Source: Oceanispirochaeta sp.
Lineage (GTDB): Bacteria; Spirochaetota; Spirochaetia; DSM-2461
NCBI GenBank assembly: GCA_963663385.2
Contig: CAXXXD010000002.1
Span: 608,001-672,000 of the forward strand
Direction: 5' to 3'
DNA: 64,000 nucleotides
Shown: piece after piece, positions 57,959 to 64,000 of the stretch
Numbering within the stretch: the stretch's first letter is position 1
Layout: the number at the start of each line of letters is the position of its first letter
Program-made: the position numbers and the translations under genes
Notes under the pieces: model-generated
The model's database searches: none
Told to the model about the DNA's origin: nothing
Seen by the model: only the letters and a program-made list of their open reading frames with translations

Positions 57959-59203
57959 ATGAATCAAACATTACCTCAATGGTGGAAAGACGGTAAATTC
58001 GGACTTTTTATCCATTTCGGACTTTACTCAGTACTTGCCGGAGAATATAAAGGTGTAAAAACCGATAATATCGCCGAATGGATCATGCATGATCTTGATA
58101 TCCCCCGGGAGGAGTATCGAAAACTGTCCGGACAGTTCAATCCGGTCAATTTTGATGCGGACCGGATTGTCTCTTCCGCCAGGGCCGCGGGAATGTCGTA
58201 TGTGGTTTTTACATCAAAACACCATGACGGATTTGCCATGTACGATTCCAAAGTGAGTTCCTATTCCTGCATGAAAGCCTCTCCCTTTTCCCGCGATCCC
58301 CTGGCGGAATTACGGAAGGCCTGTGACAAGTACGGTTTAAAGTTATGCATCTATTACAGTCAGGCTCAGGACTGGGATGAACCGGATGCCTGCCGTGACG
58401 GCCATAGCGGAGATGGAAAGGATTTTGATGCTTATTTTTATAATAAATGTATTCCCCAGGTAAAAGAACTCTTAACAAATTATGGTGAGATCGGTCTGAT
58501 GTGGTTCGATACTCCCATGTATATGAGCAGAGCCCGGTCGACGGAACTGAAGGAACTGGTAAACAGTCTGCAGCCCGACTGTCTGGTAAGCGGCCGTATC
58601 GGCAGCGGTATTGGTGACTACATGACAACGGGTGATAATTTTATTCCTCTCCTGCCTTTTAACGGTCCTTTCGAGGTCCCTGCAACCATGAATGCAACAT
58701 GGGGATTTAACAAGTATGACCAAAACTGGAAAAGTACAGAGTATCTTATCAGATCCCTTGTAAAAATCGTAAGCCGGGGAGGCAACTATCTGCTGAATAT
58801 CGGACCGGACGGAACAGGTAGAGTCCCGGAGGAAAGTTTTAAACTCCTGGAAGAGATCGGATCATTTATGAAGCGGAATGGCGACAGTATCCGCTCCGCC
58901 TCTCCTGTTCCCGTCTATCCCTATGATGTGGAGGGAATTTTTTTTACAACATCTCCGCACCGCCTCTATATTCATAATTTCAGGGATCAGGAATCTCTCT
59001 ATCTACTGAACATCGCCAGCAAACCATTGAAATGTTACAGGCTCAGTGACGGTAAGCCGCTGGAGCTGAAAGAACGTACTACCTGCGAAGATGACAGCAG
59101 CTGGCTGATTTCCCTTCCATCGAGGGAAAAAAATGAAATCAACCAGGTAATTTGTGTTGAAATGGAAGATGAACATGTTGAGTTTGAGTCGGTTCACTGG
59201 TAG
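57959..59203 (+). CDS. GH29 alpha-L-fucosidase
   Basis: WWKDGKFGLFIHFGLYS, TSKHHDGF, LMWFD nucleophile, VSRGGNYLLNIGP; no signal peptide. Confidence 0.92.
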   Translation: MNQTLPQWWKDGKFGLFIHFGLYSVLAGEYKGVKTDNIAEWIMHDLDIPREEYRKLSGQFNPVNFDADRIVSSARAAGMSYVVFTSKHHDGFAMYDSKVSSYSCMKASPFSRDPLAELRKACDKYGLKLCIYYSQAQDWDEPDACRDGHSGDGKDFDAYFYNKCIPQVKELLTNYGEIGLMWFDTPMYMSRARSTELKELVNSLQPDCLVSGRIGSGIGDYMTTGDNFIPLLPFNGPFEVPATMNATWGFNKYDQNWKSTEYLIRSLVKIVSRGGNYLLNIGPDGTGRVPEESFKLLEEIGSFMKRNGDSIRSASPVPVYPYDVEGIFFTTSPHRLYIHNFRDQESLYLLNIASKPLKCYRLSDGKPLELKERTTCEDDSSWLISLPSREKNEINQVICVEMEDEHVEFESVHW

Positions 59204-59220
59204 AAGGAGTGGAAAAAACT

Positions 59221-60375
59221 ATGAAACTGAATGAAAAGCTGATGCCCGAAGATATTTTAACTGATGATTCATTTGATTATCCCCGGGATGAGAGGCCCGC
59301 GGCAGCTCCCCTCTATCAGACATCCCTGTTTACCTTCCCTTCGGCTGAGGCTCTGGAGAACGCGATAGCTGATGAGTATTCAAGTTTTCTGTACAGCCGG
59401 GGGCATAATCCCACGGTAAAACCCGTGGAAGAAAAAATGGCTGCTCTTGAGGGAGGAGAAAAGGCAAAACTTTTATCCTCCGGTGCTGCGGCTATTGCTT
59501 CAAGCATTCTCTCCTGTGTCAGGCAGGGCGACCATATTGTCTGCAGCAATGAAGCATATACCTGGGCCCGCTATATCAGCAGCACATACCTTGAACGTTT
59601 CGGGATTACCGTAACTTTCGTTGATGCATCCGATATGGCGGCGGTAGAACAGGCTATTACTGAAAAAACGAAAGTTCTCTATCTGGAGAGCCCCAGCACC
59701 CTGTTGTTGCGGATACAGGATCTCAGCTCGCTGGCAGACCTTGCAAAAGCCCATGGAATAACGACGATCGTGGACAATACGTGGGCTACACCGCTCTATC
59801 AGAACCCGCTGAAGATGGGAATTGACATGGTTGTTCATTCGGCATCAAAGTACCTTGGCGGCCACAGCGACCTTGTCGGCGGCGTTGTAGTCAGCAGTGC
59901 CGAACGGATTCGGCATCTGTTCAGCACCGAGTTTCTGCCGATCGGGCAGGTGCCCGATCCCCATCAGGCCTGGCTTATACAGAGAGGTATGCGAACCCTT
60001 CATATCAGGCTTGCCCATCATTATAAAGCGGCCCTTGAGGTCTGTGACTATTTATATGATCACCCCAAGGTCGCCGAAGTGAATTATCCCATGCATCCGA
60101 AAAGTCCCTGGTATGAGCTTGCGGCCAGGCAGATGTCCGGAGGATCCGGTCTGCTTTCCCTTCGGTTGAAATCAGCTGATCGGGAAAGGGTCTTCAAGGC
60201 CGTAAATGCTCTTTCCCATTTTCGTATCGGAGTAAGCTGGGGCGGGTACGAGAGCCTTGTATTTCCGTCAGGTGTCAGTAAAGAGGGTGATCCTTCGCTG
60301 CTTCGGCTTCATATCGGTCTGGAATCGGTTAATTCTCTTATCGAAGATATCGATAGAGCTTTCTCCATGATTTAA
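59221..60375 (+). CDS. PLP-dependent trans-sulfuration-family lyase (cystathionine beta/gamma-lyase-like)
   Basis: PLYQTSLF, YSRGHNPT, YLESP, VDNTWATP, HSASKYLGGHSD (PLP Lys), GVSWGGYESL, RLHIGLE. Confidence 0.9.
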   Translation: MKLNEKLMPEDILTDDSFDYPRDERPAAAPLYQTSLFTFPSAEALENAIADEYSSFLYSRGHNPTVKPVEEKMAALEGGEKAKLLSSGAAAIASSILSCVRQGDHIVCSNEAYTWARYISSTYLERFGITVTFVDASDMAAVEQAITEKTKVLYLESPSTLLLRIQDLSSLADLAKAHGITTIVDNTWATPLYQNPLKMGIDMVVHSASKYLGGHSDLVGGVVVSSAERIRHLFSTEFLPIGQVPDPHQAWLIQRGMRTLHIRLAHHYKAALEVCDYLYDHPKVAEVNYPMHPKSPWYELAARQMSGGSGLLSLRLKSADRERVFKAVNALSHFRIGVSWGGYESLVFPSGVSKEGDPSLLRLHIGLESVNSLIEDIDRAFSMI

Positions 60376-62205
60376 ATGAGGTTTAACAGTTCCATGATTA
60401 ACGATCCTCGTCCTTATACCCGCTGGTGGTGGTTTTCCGGAACCATATTGAACAGTGATATTGATAACCAGCTTGACTGGATAGCCGAACAGGAGTTCGG
60501 CGGTGTTGAGATTGCCTGGGTTTATCCGCAGAAGGGAACAGATCCCGGAGATGGCGCCCGTTTCCTGGAGCCCGATTTTATGGCTTCAATCCATTATGCC
60601 GCCGAAGGCTGCAGGGTTCGCGGGCTGGGTGTCGATCTGACTTTCGGCAGTCTCTGGCCTTTTAACGGGACTTTTATTCCCGAAGAACATACAAGTAAAA
60701 CTCTCTCGGGGTTTTCAGACCAGAATGTGGATCGTTCCTGGGAGAGCCGGTACTCGGCAGATCCCTCTCCTGTACTTGATCATGTCAGCAGAGAGGCTCT
60801 GGAGTGGTATGCCGGATATCTGCTGGATAAGGGATTCTCTGAAGTTAAAGCCGGTTCTTTCTTCTGCGATTCTTGGGAAGTGGATCCCATATTGCTCGGA
60901 TACGAAGGTATTTTTGAAGATTTTTATAAAGAATACGGGTATGAACTCACTCCCTGTCAGGAAACACTTGATAGCTGTGCCGATGTAAGATTTGATTACA
61001 GAAAACTGCTTTCCGATAAAATCCTCAGCTCTTTCTATGGGCCCTATCGTGAGATATGCCATAAGGCCGGCACACTGGCCCGGGTTCAGTGCCACGGGGC
61101 TCCCACGGACATTCTGGCAGCCTACGGGCTTAGTGATATACCCGAGACGGAAACGCTCCTGTTTGATCCTGATTTTGCTCTTATTGCGGCTTCAGCCGCT
61201 GCAATGACAGATAAACCTGTCGTTTCAAGCGAGTCATTTACCTGCCTTTACGGATGGATTCCTTCCGGTATTGCTCCTCCCGGTATGGGAGAGGAACAGA
61301 TCCGTGACCTCCGCTGCGTGGCAGATGCCCAGTTCGCCTGGGGGGTAAACCGTGTTGTCTGGCATGGCATGCCTTTCAGTACGGAAGACCGCCCGGCCCG
61401 TTTCTATGCAACCGTTCACGTGGGGCCCGATGGGGGACTGGCTCCCTATCTCCCCTCTTTCAACCGCTATCTGGCTGCCGTAAGTGACTATATGAGCCGG
61501 GGAGAGAGCGTTTCCCGGCTTGCGGTCTATCTGCCTCTTGAAGACCAGTGGATGAGGGATGAAGTGCCGGATACACTGAAAAAGCCGAGCAGCAACTGGC
61601 ACTGGGAGCTGCAGGAGCTGAAGATGGATTATGACCTTCTTCCCTACCGTCCGCTCTGGTTTTCAGCCTCCTGGCTTGAAGAACTTGAGTTTACGGAGGG
61701 GAAACTGCTGTACCATGATCGTGATATCGGGGCTCTGTACTGCGATAGCGAGTGGATGCTCTGCAGTTCCCTGGAGAAACTGACGGAGCTGGTGGAAGCC
61801 GGGGCTCCTGTCATCTTTAATCGTCTGCCTGAAGAGCCGGGAAAAGTCCGCCATGAGGCCTATGACAAATTGACAGGAAGAATTCAGAACTCTCATATGA
61901 CATCATTAAAGGATATTCCTCCATTGATTAAGTCGGATGTCTCCCTTGAATACTGGTGTCGAAGAGAGGGGGATAAACTGTTTTTCTTTTTTGCTCACCC
62001 CCAGATGCAGGGACTCCGTTATCCCATGCCGTACGGGTATGGGGATACCCTTAAGGAACAATCTGCAACGGTTGAGATTTTTCCGGATATCGGTTCCGAA
62101 TCGCCATATACCCTTAATCTTGAATTCGGAGCTGTCGAAAGTCTCCTGTACGAGGTTGATACGGAAAGGGGGAGTATCAGACGGGTTGAACTGGATTTCC
62201 TTTGA
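60376..62205 (+). CDS. GH106-like glycoside hydrolase (alpha-L-rhamnosidase-like)
   Basis: RPYTRWWW, GGVEI, FFCDSWE, DIPETE, VSSESFT, GVNRVVWHG; shorter than typical GH106 proteins. Confidence 0.72.
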   Translation: MRFNSSMINDPRPYTRWWWFSGTILNSDIDNQLDWIAEQEFGGVEIAWVYPQKGTDPGDGARFLEPDFMASIHYAAEGCRVRGLGVDLTFGSLWPFNGTFIPEEHTSKTLSGFSDQNVDRSWESRYSADPSPVLDHVSREALEWYAGYLLDKGFSEVKAGSFFCDSWEVDPILLGYEGIFEDFYKEYGYELTPCQETLDSCADVRFDYRKLLSDKILSSFYGPYREICHKAGTLARVQCHGAPTDILAAYGLSDIPETETLLFDPDFALIAASAAAMTDKPVVSSESFTCLYGWIPSGIAPPGMGEEQIRDLRCVADAQFAWGVNRVVWHGMPFSTEDRPARFYATVHVGPDGGLAPYLPSFNRYLAAVSDYMSRGESVSRLAVYLPLEDQWMRDEVPDTLKKPSSNWHWELQELKMDYDLLPYRPLWFSASWLEELEFTEGKLLYHDRDIGALYCDSEWMLCSSLEKLTELVEAGAPVIFNRLPEEPGKVRHEAYDKLTGRIQNSHMTSLKDIPPLIKSDVSLEYWCRREGDKLFFFFAHPQMQGLRYPMPYGYGDTLKEQSATVEIFPDIGSESPYTLNLEFGAVESLLYEVDTERGSIRRVELDFL

Positions 62206-62226
62206 ATCATAATACCACTCACCAAC

Positions 62227-64000
62227 TTAAAACTGTCGTATTGCTATGGTCCTGCAATTGCTGGAATCCTTGCTGCAGTTGTAGACGGATTGAGTACTCC
62301 CTGAGTTGGAAATATATCTGAACGAAGAAGCATTCGGTTGGGTGGATGAGGCCATATCTATAGTAGAATTTTTTAGATAAGTGTTATTAATAAGATGAGA
62401 TGCTTCATCTATACTCGGCATATACCAGTCTGTGAAGCCTCCAAGAGTGGAGTTCCTGCAAAAAGAGGCTAACACCGCATTTTCTCCTATTTTCTGCAGA
62501 ATAATATCTGTATTACTCTTTCCGGTACCCAGAATATATGCAGTTCCCGGAATATCTGTATTGGCTTCGCTGGCTGTTGCCCATATGCCGTAATCTGAAT
62601 AATCTCCATATTCCAGGTAACGCCATCCTTCACTGTAACCGGTTTTATCATAAAACAATTTTCCGCCGGAAGGACCAGTCGCATCCATTACGAATGCTTT
62701 TGTCGCAACACCGTAGCTGCCTGCTATTCCTGATCCATCTGTAGCCGCAGCCGTGATCGTGGCAGAGCCAGCTCCATCAGTGATTCCTGTTATCTCTCCT
62801 GAAGAAACCGAAACATCACTGCTGCTGCATGCCCAAGTTAAAGTCTGATTAGTTGCCGTTGAAGGATTGATCTCAACTGTTAACTGTTCTTTTACTCCCG
62901 GAAGATAATAGCTGTATTTGCCGCCAAGTGTTATTGATTCGATAAGAATTCCCGCCATCCCGGTTCCAGCTGTGGAAAAGGCAGTGGATCCCGTGCTGTT
63001 CCTGGCAATTATCCAGACATTGTAGTCAGTATAGTTATCAAGACCTGTAAATGTGCAGGATGTCGTTGTCAGATCGGTCGGGCCGTTTGCCGTATCAGGT
63101 CTTGTCTCGGCAGCTTTGCAATAGTAGACATCATATGTAGTGGAAGAGCTGTTGGATGAAGTCCAGGAAACGTCCAGCATTCCGCTTCCCGCTGCATAGG
63201 GAACCGCAGAGACTGTAACGTCTGTGACAACTGCCGGTTTGGTCCTGAAGGAAACCTGTGTACCGTATCCGGTGGAAATCCCGTTGGAGGCATAGGCTCT
63301 TATATAATAGAGGGTATCACAGGTCAGGTTTTTCAGCTGATTGGAATATTCTCCTGTTCCGGTTGTTCCGTCGCTGATGAAATTGTCATGAATCGTCGGA
63401 CTCGGTTCGGTTCCCCAGCAGATGCCCCTTTCAATGATATCAGTTCCTCCGTCGTTTGTAATATCACCGCTGCAGTTGGCGGTTGTGGCTTCGATACTGC
63501 TGACACTGCCGGTTGTCAGAATTATGACTCCCCCGGCTCCGGTGAGGGTGAAACTGCAGGAAGGGGTATTAAAATCATTGGAGGGAATGGTTACTCTCGC
63601 GGATTTAGCCCCTTCCGATTCCGGTGTAAAGCTGACAGTAAATGAAGTAGTGCCATCGACAGCAACTTCAGCTGCCGGAGTTGCTGTTAAGGTGAATGTA
63701 TCCTCTTCCGTATCGGATCCCATGGTCATTACCAGACCGGATAGATCTATTGACAGAGGACTTTCCCCGGAATTTTTTATAGTGAATGTAACTTCATTTG
63801 ATTTTCCGACAGATACCTGATCAAAATCGTAATTCCCTTCATCTTTCAGGGTTGAGTCTGTTCCGTAAGCTATAACCAGAACCGGTGAAATAGCATCCGC
63901 CCTCATCACGTCAATTTCATCTATCAGATTATTTTTACAGGAAAAAAGGACCAGTATAGTCAGTCCCGCCATAAGGAGAGAAGCCCCCCCCCGGGGGGAA
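62227..64000 (-). CDS. Surface lipoprotein: choice-of-anchor-D/ASH-like, two FN3-like, Big_2 and C-terminal DUF1566/Lcl-like domains (start at 63972 or beyond the window edge)
   Basis: Lipobox LFSC; TFTIKNSG..FTVSF.P; TLYYIRAYASN; ATNQTLTW.SSS..ATITA; GPSGG.LFYD..GWRYLE..GGFTDWYMPS..AIRQF. Frame stays open to base 64000. Confidence 0.75.
   Translation of the reverse strand, partial: SPRGGASLLMAGLTILVLFSCKNNLIDEIDVMRADAISPVLVIAYGTDSTLKDEGNYDFDQVSVGKSNEVTFTIKNSGESPLSIDLSGLVMTMGSDTEEDTFTLTATPAAEVAVDGTTSFTVSFTPESEGAKSARVTIPSNDFNTPSCSFTLTGAGGVIILTTGSVSSIEATTANCSGDITNDGGTDIIERGICWGTEPSPTIHDNFISDGTTGTGEYSNQLKNLTCDTLYYIRAYASNGISTGYGTQVSFRTKPAVVTDVTVSAVPYAAGSGMLDVSWTSSNSSSTTYDVYYCKAAETRPDTANGPTDLTTTSCTFTGLDNYTDYNVWIIARNSTGSTAFSTAGTGMAGILIESITLGGKYSYYLPGVKEQLTVEINPSTATNQTLTWACSSSDVSVSSGEITGITDGAGSATITAAATDGSGIAGSYGVATKAFVMDATGPSGGKLFYDKTGYSEGWRYLEYGDYSDYGIWATASEANTDIPGTAYILGTGKSNTDIILQKIGENAVLASFCRNSTLGGFTDWYMPSIDEASHLINNTYLKNSTIDMASSTQPNASSFRYISNSGSTQSVYNCSKDSSNCRTIAIRQF
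63984..63998. repeat. Homopolymer C9 followed by G6 (C6-G9 on the coding strand)
   Basis: CCCCCCCCCGGGGGG read directly. Confidence 0.9.

Noticed and set aside
1..64000. tRNA, rRNA, CRISPR-cas, prophage, integrase or reverse transcriptase
   Set aside because: None recognised by eye in the ORF track or intergenic regions; small RNAs could have been missed without covariance-model searches.

Overview
64 kb of bacterial chromosome, probably a free-living anaerobic spirochaete of the Spirochaeta/Oceanispirochaeta type. This is an inference from the 'FA-xG-xE/D' and lipobox signal peptides, hydG, and the many sugar ABC systems and GGDEF proteins. I see no rRNA, tRNA or CRISPR array. In order: end of a GH13 glucosidase, mobA, a Gfo/Idh/MocA oxidoreductase; a LacI-controlled locus (MINPP-type phytase, PHP and HAD phosphatases, ABC importer, PfkB kinase) with three readable operators; an orphan LivJ-type binding protein paired with a diguanylate cyclase; small conserved genes and a hybrid kinase; a GGDEF pseudogene; an AT-rich three-gene surface/peptidase cassette; an RND pump whose adaptor gene appears frame-split; a RAYT-like HUH transposase flanked by REP-like inverted and tandem repeats; a UroD/MtaA protein with AraC and a sigma-54-driven sugar ABC operon; feoC-A-B/TetR/MATE/ABC-ABC; a stand-alone hydG; MarR/methyltransferase with a triple operator; a sugar ABC/FadR/GH29/PLP-lyase/GH106 operon; and a surface lipoprotein with a G9 tract at its 5' end. 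The best candidates for undescribed systems are the phytate/inositol-phosphate regulon, the RAYT-REP module and the glycosidase + C-S/C-O lyase operon. All family calls come from motif recognition by eye; no searches were run.
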